Part shown: piece by piece, positions 46,501-63,920 of the stretch | Position numbering within the stretch: the stretch's first letter is position 1 | Layout of the letters: every line of letters starts with the position of its first letter | From: the human T2T-CHM13v2.0 reference genome, Homo sapiens | DNA: 64,000 bases | Direction: 5' to 3' (one strand) | NCBI RefSeq assembly: GCF_009914755.1 | Contig: NC_060925.1 | The notes under the pieces: model-generated | Databases searched by the model: none | What the model was told of the DNA's origin: nothing | What the model saw: the letters and a program-made list of their open reading frames with translations, nothing else | Made by a program: the position numbers and the translations under genes

Positions 46501-46715
46501 GGGGGGGGGCTTGCCTCTGAGGCGCTGCCCCTGAGTGATTGATTACTCAGGATGACGGGCTCAAGGGCTCCTGGGGCAGATGCTCGAGAAAAGAGAAAAC
46601 CTAGAAGGGACAGAGAGAACAGTGGTCCCCAAGGGAAACCAGATTTTCACCAGGGTCTCTGTTGGAACAGGAAACAGAAGTTCAATGGTGTTAGTTTCTT
46701 TTTGCAATTGAATGA

Positions 46716-47414
<699 letters not shown>

Positions 47415-49444
47415 ACAAATTGTTTTATTGATGTATTTTTTTTTCTTTTTTTTGCCAAGCATCAAAGTTGTTAGTGTTCTCATTTTTTGGGGGGTGGGGG
47501 CAGGGGACATTTGATTGGCCCATGGAATCTAAATATCTGGAACTTGTGGCAGTTAAATAAATAATTATTAACAGACCTCGGAAGGATGAACTTGGTCACT
47601 TGTCGTGGGCACATGTGGCATCTTTTGGGACTCAGCCATGCCGCCAACTCTGAGCGGGCTTCCTCTAAGCACAGCTTTGTCATCTCCTAGTGAGGAGGAA
47701 AAGTCCAGTCCTGCCTCCTTATAGACGCTTATTTTGCCATCTATCCTAAGTCTGTCTTGCTTTGGTGGAAGTCTTGTTAATGGTGCAGTCAGCCTTCTGG
47801 GATCATCCTCATTTGACAGGTGTCAGGCCCCTGCCCTTCCTGCCCCCGTCCTCAGGTGTCCCTATCTTGGTGGGATTAGGTTTCCTCAGGGACTGTCATC
47901 TGAGACTGCCTGGATGCTGTGTGCATGCAAGGTTCACACACGTGCCAGGGCTCAGTACAACCCAGGAGTCTTTGTTGATCATCTGCCACCCTCACCAAGG
48001 TCATCCCGAGGTTCCCTACCCCAGGGCTGGGCACCTCCTTGGGACAGAAAGAGGGACAGGGGGACCAGCAACCAAGCCCATTTGGGAATTAGCCAAGAAT
48101 GAGAAGGGCCCTGCTGCTAAGCCTGTTTAAGCAGCTGAGAGCACAGGGCTAGAGAGGAAGGGGCTGGCTCGGGAGTTGGTTGTATCTTGGGGAGATTCTG
48201 AGACCCCCCCTGAGAATGTGGGATAACTGGAATGATTGGCATCTCACCAACCATTTTCTGGAGATGTGGCTGCAGGCAAGTATTTGTTTTACCTTTTCTG
48301 AGCCTTGATTTTCTCATCTATAAAATGAGGATGATAATAATAATATCTATCCTTGGAATAGTTGGAAGAAGAGATTGAAATCGTGACGGTAAAACATTGA
48401 GTACTGGAGCCTGGCACACCATAGGTGCTCAATTAATATCAGGTGTTTACCATTCTCCCCCTCCTCCTCCTCATCAAAGTGCCCAGTGCAGCTCTAGACA
48501 CACAGTAGGCCTGCAATAAGCAGGCCGCATCATTATTTTGAAAGCACTCAGCATGCAGTTGACTCTCAATAACTGGTAGTTCCCTTCCTCTGCCATGCGG
48601 CAACTCTGTCAATGTTAAACCAAGGTTGGATGAACAAAATGACCCTCTGAAATGTCCTCTTGGCTTTAACATTCTATGATTAAAAAATGAAATAAAATAG
48701 CATAAAAGTAATGCCTCAGTTTCAGGGGGTGGAGTGATGGAAAATTCAGATGATCACAGCCAAGGGTCCTGTAGAGCCAGGCTAGGCTCCATCTCCCTGG
48801 CATGCAGGCCTGGCACCCAGCGCAGGGCAGTGTGATGCAATGGAGAGAACCTGAGACAGGGATAATTCTGGGTTCTGGACTCAACTTGCCACCCAGTTGC
48901 TGTGTGATGTTGAATAAATTCCCTAACCTCTCTGGGCCTCACCATCCTGTGGATCAAATGAAGGACTTGGACTAGGTGAGTTAAGGACCTGGAGGCTGCA
49001 TCTCTGCACCCTCGGGGCTGAATCTGGGGAGAACCAGGGGGCAGCTGGGATTGTCAAGAACAGCTGCTAGTTTTATAGACTGTGGCCATTCCCCTCACCA
49101 TGAGAGGGACACTCTTCTCCAGGCTGCAGGGGAGAGGCAGGGGGGAACACACTTCACCTTTTTCTCTTTTAGGGCCACAGAGCCTGGGAAGGGGACCTTG
49201 ACACTTGGGGGGGGGGGGTTGCTGATGGATCAGGGAGTGCCTCTTCCTGCAGATAAGCCCCCACCCCAGTATGGAAGGACCGGGGTGGGGCACATGTGAC
49301 ATCCCTCCCCAGGCCTGTGCCATTCAGAAGAAGCTCCAAGTGCCAGGTCAGCCGCACTGAGAACCGCCTAAGTGCCCCAGAGAAGGACAACAGTGCCAGG
49401 CCCTGGGTGATGAAGGCACTGAGACGGCAACCATGCCAACTCAC

Positions 49445-49517
49445 CAATGGCTGTGAGGAAGAGCCCCGCCTGGTCGATGGGAATGCTCCCTTCCTCGTCA
49501 TAGTAGTTGACGGTGAC
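49445..49517 (-). CDS. PADI2: PADI2 exon 3 (VTVNYYDEEGSIPIDQAGLFLTAI), 73 nt
   Basis: CCAAG|GTC ... TTG|GTGAGT. Confidence 0.96.
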
Positions 49518-50104
49518 CTTGGTGGGGAGGGGGCACATTGGAGTAGAGAGAAAAGAGAGCAGAGATCACAGATCACAAGCAGGAAAACCTGAAGCAACTG
49601 CTGTCCCTCACAGCTTGTCAAGCCAACCCTCTCCAAACATCAGAACCCTCTCCTCCAGGAAGAACTCCTGGGTTGGTGGGCGGTTTCCCTCAGGTAACTG
49701 AACTAGACTGTGGACTCCCCTCCTGCTGGCTGAGAGGGCAGTTAGGATGCTGTCTGCCTTCCTGTGCCACTGTGTGCATTCTGCTGCCTGGGGTCCCCCA
49801 TATCTGCCATGTTGCACGTCTAGTGCCCACTGAGGGGACAGGGCTGAGGCTATTTTCTTTGGACCATGTTCAATGCCATCACTGTGATGGGGCACATGGT
49901 AAAGTTCATAATTACGGAACCCAGAAAGGAGACAGTTCTGGTCTCAGCCTCACCACTTAGGCAAATCACCCATGGATGTTCAGCACCCCATTTTACAGAT
50001 AGACCAAGGACACTTGTGACTGTAAGCTCCAATGATTCTATGGTTCTGAGCCTCTAAACTTTCTATCACTCAGCTGTCTATAATTTTCATCCTTTACGAA
50101 GCCA

Positions 50105-51275
<1,171 letters not shown>

Positions 51276-51342
51276 TGGTCCACCCTGCCTCTATCCTGGC
51301 ATGGTCCCGGGCCCGCAGAGGCTGGACTTCCCGCCGTGGTAC

Positions 51343-51526
51343 CTTGTCACTGCTGGCCTCGGTGCTCGCCTGGCTCATGGTGACCCGCAGGGTGGTGCTG
51401 GGCGAGAGAAGCCAGCGCTGCTTGCCATTGGTGGCCACCTCCTCAGCCTCCCCATCACGCACCACCTCCACCCACACGTGTTCCGAGTGCTTCAGGCTGA
51501 AGGTTTGGGCCCCGGCTGGGGCCGCG
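51343..51526 (-). CDS. PADI2: PADI2 exon 2 (AAPAGAQTFSLKH...EASSDK), 184 nt
   Basis: ACAG|CGC ... AAG|GTACCA. Confidence 0.97.
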
Positions 51527-51603
51527 CTGTGGGGAGAGATGAGAGAGGGTTAGGGAGAGCCCTGGGGTAGGTGGGATGAGGGGCTTCGAGAGGAGACTCC
51601 TGC

Positions 51604-52157
<554 letters not shown>

Positions 52158-52688
52158 TCTTTTTTCAAAAAAGAAGACTTCTGGAGGGGCAAGTCTGCAA
52201 GGGCCCCCACAGGTAATCTGATCTGGGAGACCCCAAAGGGGCCAGCTGCATTGCAGTCACCTGGCTGTGAAGAGGACATCTGTTGAACATGAAATCTCTT
52301 GGGCCAATCTTGCACCTCCTGAGTGTGAATGTATGAGGGTCGGGCCTGGGGATCTGAATTCTTAACAAGCTTCCTAGTGCCTCTGATGGGAGGCCAGTTT
52401 TGGGAGCCACAGGGTCCTGTGAAGGTGGAAGATGGAGACCCAGGCAGGAATGAATTTGCTCCACTAGCAGAGCTGGGCCTGGAACCCTGTCTCCCTGCCC
52501 AGGGTCGCTGAGTAAAGTGCTGAGTCCTCACAGGGATGGAGCCCAGTGCCTGGGTCCTAACAGGGCAGAGGTGGGGTGTCTCTTGTTACAAAGATCCCTT
52601 CCTTCCTGCCACAGCTTTCTTGCCACCTGACATCCCCCACCTTCTGAGTCATTTCTTGGGGTTCAAAAGTGGTTTTCCATTGCAAAGC

Positions 52689-52740
52689 AAATACTTTTGG
52701 AATTCTTGAATTCCAAAATTCAAGAACTCCGAAAGTATTT
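52689..52740. repeat. 52-nt imperfect inverted repeat with a nested perfect 11-bp inverted repeat
   Basis: 24-nt arms with 2 differences and a 4-nt loop; inner TTTTGGAATTC-TT-GAATTCCAAAA. Confidence 0.92.
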
Positions 52741-52769
52741 CAGAGCAGAACAAATGGATGTGATCTGGC

Positions 52770-53490
<721 letters not shown>

Positions 53491-53919
53491 AGGAGAGGTG
53501 ACAGGAAGGACAGGGGACTAAGGGAGGAAGGTGCCTAGGGCTGGCGGCTTTGCTAAATCCAGCCACTGGTCTGGAGGCCCAAGAGGGCTCAGAGGGACTT
53601 AGGTGGGATTCTCGTGGGATTTGTGACTAAGACATAGGTGTAAGCCTGTCTCAAAGGCACAGCTGCTATTTTGGGGGCCTGGTGCTCTTGGGTTCCAGGA
53701 GTTCTCAACTATGGCAGGCATCAGAATCATCAGGGGTGCTGTTTAAATCTATAGGGTGTTTTTCTTTGAAGGCTGTAGATTTGTAGATCCAGTCTCTGGA
53801 GAGGCTGGCTGGCATGGCAGAGGCTGAGGGTGCTGGGGCAGCTGAAGATGGAAACAGTGGCCAGGGTTGAATGACAAGTGTAGGCCAGCGGCTGTCAAAG
53901 TGCAGCAGCAGTGTCTGGG

Positions 53920-54080
53920 GCGGCGGCACCTGGAGGTCTTGTCAAAACAGACTGCGGGGCCCCATCTCAGAGCATCCAATTCAGGAGGTCTGGCATGGGG
54001 CCCAAGAATCTGCATTTCTAACATGCTTCCAGGAACTGTTGATGCTGCCGGTCCCAGTACCACACTTTGAGAACCACTGG
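53920..54080. mobile_element. MER5A
   Basis: ggggcccaagaatctgcatttctaaca...cacactttgagaaccactg. Confidence 0.8.
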
Positions 54081-54364
54081 TCCAGACAATCAGCACTGTG
54101 GTCCACTGCTGAGAGCCCTGGGCTGGCCAAGGCCGTGAGCGTGAATCTGTAGAGGCTGCCGGGCAGTGTCTGTCTGACCTGGGCCACAGACTTCAGGGGC
54201 TATGGGCAAAGACTACTGGTCTTGGGCTCTGGCAGGAGAATTGGGAAGGACTCGGCAGCCTGTGGCCAGTGCTGGGAGAGGAGCTCAATGAAGACACCCC
54301 AAGGTCACTCTGGTTCTTGTCCTGCCCCCTTCCAAACTCCACAGCCTGTCCTGGGATGATGTGA

Positions 54365-54790
<426 letters not shown>

Positions 54791-55456
54791 TGAGTCTAGT
54801 TTTGCCCCTGACTTGAGGGGGTCTGCACCTTCTGAATGTCCATCTGTTAGTCCCTACGCCTCAGGAGGACTGCCACCCTCCTGCCCATAGCTCTCGTCTC
54901 TCACTCCCCCTAGGGCTGGGGCCACGTTTTGCTGAGTGGTGTTGCCACGTGGTACCTGCCCTCCTTTGGGTTATAAGTCCCCTGAGGGCATGGTCCGGCC
55001 TCTCCCATCTTCATTCTTCAGAGCCTAGCACAGGGCTTGGCCCATCATACACCCAAGCAAAGAGGGCAGAGGTGAGTCGGACGGAAGGTAAGCCGTTCCC
55101 AAGGAGAGGTGTGAGTACACACCCTGGATGCTTTAGGTGGCACAGGGAGGAACAATCTACAAGAAGACTTATGTGTTTATCAAACACAGTATCTTTTTAT
55201 GGTGACTGATAAAGTCTTGCCATTTATGGTAATGCTATAAAATCTCTGTTTAAAATAAAGTTATTAAGAAAAATGTGAGCTGGGTTAAAGAAAAGTGTTA
55301 TAGTGAGACAGGTTGAAGATGGTTTTGGCCAAAGCCATGAGAGTCTGGGAAACTATGGCCTCAGGTCTGGGAAGCATTCCTCTCCTGCAAGTCTCAGCTT
55401 TGCCCATCAACATGCTGGGTGGCCTTGGGCCAGGGACTTTCCCTCTCTCAGTTTCA

Positions 55457-56254
<798 letters not shown>

Positions 56255-57483
56255 CAGAGCCACTATTATTTCATCTGGTTTTATATATTGAGCTTCTGCA
56301 CACAATTCTATTTAGGAAAAAATGTTTTACAAGATGATCTTTTAGGACCCTGACTCAGTTACTGTAAGTGATGCTTCCTGCCCACCTTCATTCCTCTGGA
56401 CCAGAGAGAAACCAAAGGAGGCCTCAGAGGCTCCAGAGGGTTAACGCCCAGCCCACATCGCAGCTCCAGGGCCCCACACCCTCCTATTCCCCAGCATCAG
56501 CCCTGTTCTGAGCTGAGCAAACAGCTATTCTTGGAGTGGCCCTGGGCAAAGCAATAAAGGGGCCCATTGTGCCCCTGCAGATCCTGTTGGCTGCCTTCCT
56601 CCTCAGGAAGAACCCTTTAGAATCTCTCTCGCAGAAACCCGAGAGCCAGGGGCTTCAGGCACCTGGATTGTCCCTGGAGGCTGCAGGGAGGGGCCCAGGA
56701 CAGTATTGAGGGAAAGGGAGGGGGCTTGGGGGTGGTTATGACCTTCTTGCTTATTAGAGAGAGGCTAAGGAGAGCATGGATGGAGGGACAGGCTGCCAAT
56801 CACTGTGGCCATGTCTCCTGCCTACCATGGAATCCCAGAACCCAGGACATGGATATGCTCAGTGTAGTCTTTGGCAATACATGAATGAATGCACCTGCCC
56901 TTCTTGGCTTTCCAAGCTGTATTACACAAGTGATTTAAAAAACAAACGAACAAACAAAAAAAACCCAGAAATCAGGTCATGGGCTTTCTTGAAAATATTC
57001 ACTGGCTCCTCAGTGCCTACCCATACAAGAATATCCAAACTCTTCATCCTGGTGTTGAACTAGGCACATTTGGCCATTGCAACTCAGCTTGACTCTCTGG
57101 TTTCATTTTCTGCGGTTCCTTCCACCACTTCAGCTCCCTGCATTGTTCCATCTACTGTGCATTTTGACATATGTTGTTCCTTTTACCAGCAAGACTTTCC
57201 CCTGACTTCTCTGCCTGGCAAATGTCCATCTCTCCTTGAAGACCTAACTCCATCCATTTGCCCCCACAGTTACTGGCCCTTTTGGCAGTTCACTCCTTCA
57301 AGGTAGGGATTGGATCTTCTTGTTTGTTTGTTTGTTTGTTTCAGCACCTGGCCTAGTATGGGCACACCGTAAGTATAAATGTTTGCTGCAGGAGGGCTGG
57401 AGGAGGCGGGCTTACTTATATGGTCGTTCATTCACTCAACATGTATTTACTGAGCACTTACAATGTGCCAGGCACAGTTCTAG

Positions 57484-57858
<375 letters not shown>

Positions 57859-58067
57859 AGAAAAGACAGACTTTCAATGGATTACATGATTACAGCTGTG
57901 ATAATTACTATAAAGGAGGAGAGGGTGCCATGAGGCCCCAGTCTGGGGTTCAAGGAGGGATTCCCTGAGGAAGTGGCATTTGAACTAAGGTTTAAACTTT
58001 ATAATCTAAAGGACAGGCAGGAATTAATTACACCATTGCAGTGCTGACTGTAAAAAAAAAAAATTAA

Positions 58068-58252
58068 ACCAGAGATTCTTAAATTTGAGTGTGCATTACC
58101 ACTACCTACAGGGCCTACTAAAATACAGGTAAATGGGCCCAGCCCCTGAGTTTCTGATCTATCGACTGTGGGGTGGGACCTGAGAAACTGCATTTCTAAC
58201 AAGCTCCCAGGTAATGTTGATGCTGCTGGTCCCCCACAGTTTGACAACCACT
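58068..58252. mobile_element. MER5A/B
   Basis: ctgcatttctaacaagctcccaggtaatgttgatgctgctggtcc...tttgacaaccactg. Confidence 0.8.
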
Positions 58253-59745
58253 GAGTTGGACAAGGAAGGAGAGGAAGAGGAGCAGAGATTTCCAAGCAAC
58301 AGGACAGCTTGCGTGATGGCCTGAGGTGGGGGTTAGTCCTGCATGTTCGAGAAGCTGGAAAGAGGGGAGTGTGTCTGGAGTTTGTGAGCAAGGGGGAGGG
58401 AGAGTGGTGGGAGCAGGGATTTTAGATAATGGTGAGGAGCTGGCCTTCCTCTGATTGTAGAGGGAAGTCACTGAAGGTTTCTAAGCAGGGGTGGCATGAT
58501 CAGTTTTGCACTGTAGATAGATCATCCAGGGTGCAGGGTTGCCCAGAATGCAGGGTGGGGGATGGATTTCAGGAAAGCAACAGAGGAAGTGGGGAGGAGG
58601 TGGCTGCAGCTGCCCACGTGAGCGATTATGGTGTCTTGGGACCAGATAGTGGCTGTGGAAATGGAGAGAAATGGCCACTAGGTTGGTGTCAAACAAACGA
58701 CACTTGCCCAGTCCCACAAATGCTTTGTGGTCTCTAGGAGCCATGGTCCTCTCTGGTCTTGGCTCGGTCAGTGGGGAGGGTCACTGGCTTGGCCTTGCAG
58801 GGCTGGGGTGGCTCACCAGCCCCAGACTTGAGGGCATGAAGCGCCTGCTCCTTGCTGGCATCTGGCTTTCTTAGCTTGCCCGCCTGGCCTGGGCCTCATT
58901 AACACCAGCTGGGGCTCATCCCCAGAGTGACCCCAGCTCCTGGCAGCCTGGGTGTGACATCCTGCTCTTGGGGCTTTAGAGGAGTCTGGGGGGGGAGTCG
59001 TGGGTGCCAGCCTGTCATGCAACCCCATGGCGAGCAAGAGGCAGGCAAGGACCAGCGGGGAGAATGACCTCAGTCCAGACCTCACACCTGGTGCTCGGCA
59101 TGGTGGTGGCTGGGGCCCTGTGGGTGGGCAGCTGCCCTGAACAGGGATCAGTGGAGGCAAACCATGACGTCTGCCTTCAGCCAGCTTCCCTCACCACCTG
59201 GTGCATCCAGCTGTCCCGGGCCTCTCCTTAGGGAAGAAACAATCTGATCTATAGCTACTCCTCTCCTCAGAAACCTTCAGTGACTCCCTGCTACTTACAG
59301 AACAAAGTCCAATGTCTGAACAATGCATTCAAAGCCTGGTTAGAGCTCATTGACCCTCCAGCCTTATACTCCAGGCCTCTGAAGCTGTGCCCTTTCTGTC
59401 TCTGTGTGCCCCAACTTCCCTGCCAGTTATCTCTGCCCCTGAGTGGCATGTTCTTGGTCTCACTCTGAACCCCAGTCCATCCTTCAAGACCCAGCTCAGT
59501 TGCCACCTCTTCCAGGAAGTCATCCCTGATCTCATCAGCCAGAATATATCTCTCCCTCCATTTATTGGTGTCTCAAACAACACTTAATAAATTCAGTTCT
59601 AGATTTCTTTCCCATAAGTGCTATGAAGTCTTTGAGGAGAGGGATCAGGTCTCATTATTACTTGTTTTCAAAATAAACTCAATACTAATACATAACAACT
59701 TACTGAGTATTTACTATTATTATTATTATTATTATTATTATTTTT

Positions 59746-59767
59746 CTAACCACTAGACCACCAGGGA
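59746..59767 (-). pseudogene. Retroposed 22-nt 5' fragment of tRNA-Glu(CTC) with A/(AAT)n tail and TSD
   Basis: Minus strand TCCCTGGTGGTCTAGTGGTTAG = tRNA-Glu-CTC nt 1-22; tail 59718-59745; TSD ACTGAGTATT at 59702-59711 and 59768-59777. Confidence 0.85.
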
Positions 59768-62700
59768 ACTGAGTATTCATTATGTCTCAGGCACTGTACC
59801 AAGCCCATGGCCCACATGACCTCAGCCCATTCTTTCGATAACCCCATGAGGCCCATACCACTGTGATTTCATTTTACAGATGAGCACATTGAGGCCCCTA
59901 GAGGGCAAGCACCCGCTTCAAGTCTCAGGGACAGTCATGGCCGAGTGTGAGGGGAACTCAGGCTCTCTGAGACCTGGGCCTGGCTGTCCCCTCCCTGGGA
60001 GAGAATTCAAAGTCTGGAGTCTTTCCTGAGATCCCCCAGGTAGGTGTGCCTGGTGTGGGGCAGAGGGGAGGATCAGGCCTGGCTCTGAAGAGGACCAAAT
60101 GAGAGCCCCTTACTTATTTCACAGGTGGGAGTCTGAGACACAGAGAAGGGACACTAAAGACTGGCTTCCTGTCCTGGGCTCTTGGGTCAATGACAGAGAG
60201 AAGCAAGCCTGGGCCCATCAAAGCCTCTGGGTGCAAGGTCTGGCGTGGCTGGGCAGGAAAGAGCTGCCTTCAAAAGCTGCCTCCTCCAAAGTGCAGCAGG
60301 TATGTCTGGCCAGCTAGGGGTGGGCACTGGGGTGAGCCCCTGCCACTGTGCTCCCATCCCAACTCAGGGCCCTGCAGTCAATGAGGGAAGGTCTCAGGGA
60401 CCCCAACTATGCAGGGACTGTGAGCCTGGTTCTCCTTAGAACACTCCCAACCCCAGGAAACTAGCCTGAAACCAGAGCCCTGGAGCAATTCCTGGCAAGG
60501 CATCCCGTTTGGGGTTGAGGGCTCTGGGTGCTGTTCTAATTTATGGGCCACCTGACCTGGCCTGAATTCCTCCCACCGTCATTCTCTCAGGAGCAAGCGC
60601 TGCTCGGGCCAAGCTTGGCCACATGCCCTTGACCTTCCACAGGCCCATCCAACGGTGCCTGTCCCTTGAGGCTGGGGGTGGGGAGCTCAGCCCCATGACA
60701 GGCCAGTCCACAGGCATCACAGGCCACATTCATTCATTCATTCGTTCATTCATTCATTCATTCAGGGAGCCCTTCATTGACTCCAGGGAGGATCACAAAC
60801 AAGGAGGAGGCAAGCCTGAAACATAAGTACCAGGAGGGCAGCCTGGCAGAGCAGGCAGGGGCCTGGGCTCTGCACCCCACAGTTTACTGGCTGTGCCATC
60901 CTGGACAAACACTCCTTCCTTCAGTTTCCCCAGCTGCGAAAAGGGGACAATAATTGTACCTAACTCATAAAGTTGTTGCAAGGTTTAAATACGTAAATTA
61001 TTACATGTCCGTGAGATGAGCATGCAAAGTGTTGAGAAGCCTGCACAAAATAAGTGTTCAATAAATGTCAACTAGTAACATTAAGAAACGATGAGAAGTT
61101 GTGCAAAGAAAAAAATGTGATGAAACAGAGTTCTCGGGACTCAGGGTAGGGCACCACGACATGGGGTAGTCAAAGAAAGCTTCCTGGAGGAGGTGACATT
61201 GGAGCTGAGACTTGACTGATGAAAGTCAGGCTTGTGGGGATCTGGGGGATGGTGTTCCAGGCAGAGGGAACAGCAACTGCAAAGGCCCTGAGGTGGGAAT
61301 GAGCTTGGCACAGCCAAGGGCTAACAGCATCCACAAAGCCAGCGTGGCCGGAATGGAGTGTGTGCTGAGGAATTGCTAGAAGAGGAGATCAGTGAGGTAG
61401 GGCCTGGCACACTATGGGGAGGGGAGCCCATAGCACCCCAGGCCCCCATCATGGAAAACTGGATCTCAGACCCTCCTGGCCTTTGTCCTAATGACACTTT
61501 TTAAAAAAGCAAATACATCTCTAGCCTTCACACCAACCAAGAGACAGAAAGTCTGGGAGTGAGTTTGTGCCAAAGTCTAGGAGCGCCTGCCTGATACCTT
61601 CTTCCTATCTTCTGCCAGCGAGTTATGGGCAAATTATTACTATTTACTTGATATTACTAGCTGACATTTATCTTCTTTCTGTCTTCTACTGGGACAATGG
61701 CTGGTCAGCCTCTGCCTTGGGGAATCCCAGGGAAGGGAATCCTCCCACCTCCACCTCACAGACGCAGCTGGAACCTCTGCACAGGCAAAGGGACAATGTT
61801 AAGATCATTCCAGTGTCCTGAAGCTCCTGCAGACCTCAGGATCTGGATCCTGGCTCCTGTACACCAGGGAGGAAAAGAAGAGCCCTGCCTTCTCGAGAAC
61901 TCTCACTGACAGAGGCATAAGCCGAGGGAGGAACAGAAGAAGCCATTCCCAAGGCCCAGCTTGTGGGCAGAGAGTGACCACCCTGCTACCTACTTTACTC
62001 CGAGGCTGCCCTGTCCCTAATAATCCTTCCAGACTCTGGGAGTGTCCATGCCTCCAGGGCTCACAAGAGGTGGGTGGCCAGGATGGAACCAACCTAGGGA
62101 CTCCCTCTGTGCTCTCTTTCCAACTTCAAGCCCAAATCAGATGGGGACCCAGGCCAGCCCCACTGAAGAAGTGACTGTCGGCTAAAGGGACCACCGGAGG
62201 AGATTGTGTGGGCCAGGTGTACCTGTGCCAAGACTAAGATGAGTATATTTGGGAAGAGCAGAAGGAAACAGCGAGTATCTTTAACAACAATCACAAAGTA
62301 CAATTTCTAACAAACACCCTACTTCCTTCTTTCTATGTATCTATTCATTGCTTGCTGGAGACTAGCAGTCAGAATGAGGCTAGGTCAAGGCATCCATCCC
62401 CAGGGGGGCCAGTTTTGCTGGGAGAGCGTGGGTGGCCCAGAGCACCCCTGCCCATGGTGGCCTGGATGACCCCTCATAGGGCAGCATAGTGGTCAATTGT
62501 TCATCACTGTGACCCTGAGTGTACATCTTCTATTGAATACAAGATCCTTCCTCCTGTTCTCTGATCGACCCCCATTTGGGTCAGTGGAGACTCAGAGAAG
62601 TGAAGCGATTTGCTCAAGGTCACACAGCCCGTGGATGGAAGCTGGTAGGGCAGTGCCTGCCAGGACCACAAGGTCTATTGAGGAATGAGGCTGGGGAGGC

Positions 62701-63393
62701 CCCTGCTATGTGTCTGGAGGGGATCCTGTGTGCCAGCATCACAGGAAAGGGAGTCCAGAGCCCTTGGGAAAGGGAGTGGGTGCTGAGGCCGTTTCGCTCA
62801 CCTTTGCGACTCAGAAGGAGTGAGGGTCAGGATGCCACTCCGTAATTAACTGGGCCCAGCACCCCCGGGCCTTGTTCCTTGGGGTCTACTTGGAGGCTCT
62901 GGGGGCATCACTTGGGGTCTTGAGCCAGGACCTGTGTCCGGGCAGCAAAGGACTCAGGGAAGAGTGGAGGGCCAAATGGGAGTTGGTGAAGTCTCTGGGG
63001 ACAGTGGGCTCGTGGCCAGGGTGGAAGAGACACAGGCTGAGAGGGCCGTCCAGTTCAACCCGCTGGTTTTAGGGTCACATAGGACAGAGTGGGGTATAAG
63101 AGCATGAGTTCTGAGTCAAACAGACCTGGACCTGAGTCCTGTGTGACTCTGGACAAATGGCTTCATCTCTCTGAGCCTTACCTTCCTCATCTGTAAAATG
63201 GGATGATCAATGAACCCTCCAGGGTCTATGGTGAGGAAGAAAGGAGGTGGTGGGTTCAGTTCCTAAGTGCCCACTAATACCTCCTCCTGTTATCAATACT
63301 GGCAGTTGCTCTCATTACTACAGGTAACTCGAGTCACAATAGCAGTAACAACTCAAGCTCCTTAGTCCTGGAAGAGGCTTCCTTCCACTGGAC

Positions 63394-63589
63394 CAGTGAG
63401 TCTCAGCTGGCTGTGATTTTGCCCCCTGCCAGGGGACTGCTGGCACTGTCTGGCAACATTTTTGGTTGTCACAATTTGGGGGTTGCTACTGGCATCTAGG
63501 GGACAGAGTTCAGGGATGCCACTAAACATCCCGCTACAACAAAGAAATATCGAGCCCAAAATGCAATAGTGCGAGATTGAGAAACTCTG
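63394..63589 (+). mobile_element. MER20 with 8-bp TSD
   Basis: cagtgagtctcagc...gagaaactctg; TSD CACTGGAC/CACTAGAC. Confidence 0.85.
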
Positions 63590-63597
63590 CACTAGAC

Positions 63598-63920
63598 CTG
63601 TTCTGTCCCGGTGTCACTGGCTCACGGTGGCCAGTGAGCACCTGAGATGCACTCAATCTACGCTGAGATGTGCTGAAGTGTAAAATGTGCACTGGATTAC
63701 AAAGACTTAGCATGAAAAAAGGAAGGTAAACCATTTCCTTAATAATTTTTATATTGATTGCATGTTGAAATGATAATATTCTAAAATATTGGGTTAAACA
63801 AAATATATTATTAAAATTATGCCTGTTGTTTTAACTTTAAAAAAGTGTGGACTACTAGAAGATTTAAAATGCAATTGTGGTTTTGTTGTGGTTCAAACTG
63901 GACTTTTCTGGACAGTACTG
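63598..63920. mobile_element. MER33, near full length
   Basis: ctgttctgtcc...gtaaaatgtgcactggatt...ggacagtactg. Confidence 0.8.

Noticed and set aside
59565-59756. Poly-Tyr ORF
   Set aside because: It reads the (TAT)n tail of the tRNA-fragment insertion
59746-59767. Functional tRNA-Glu gene
   Set aside because: Only 22 nt; no anticodon arm, B box or acceptor 3' strand
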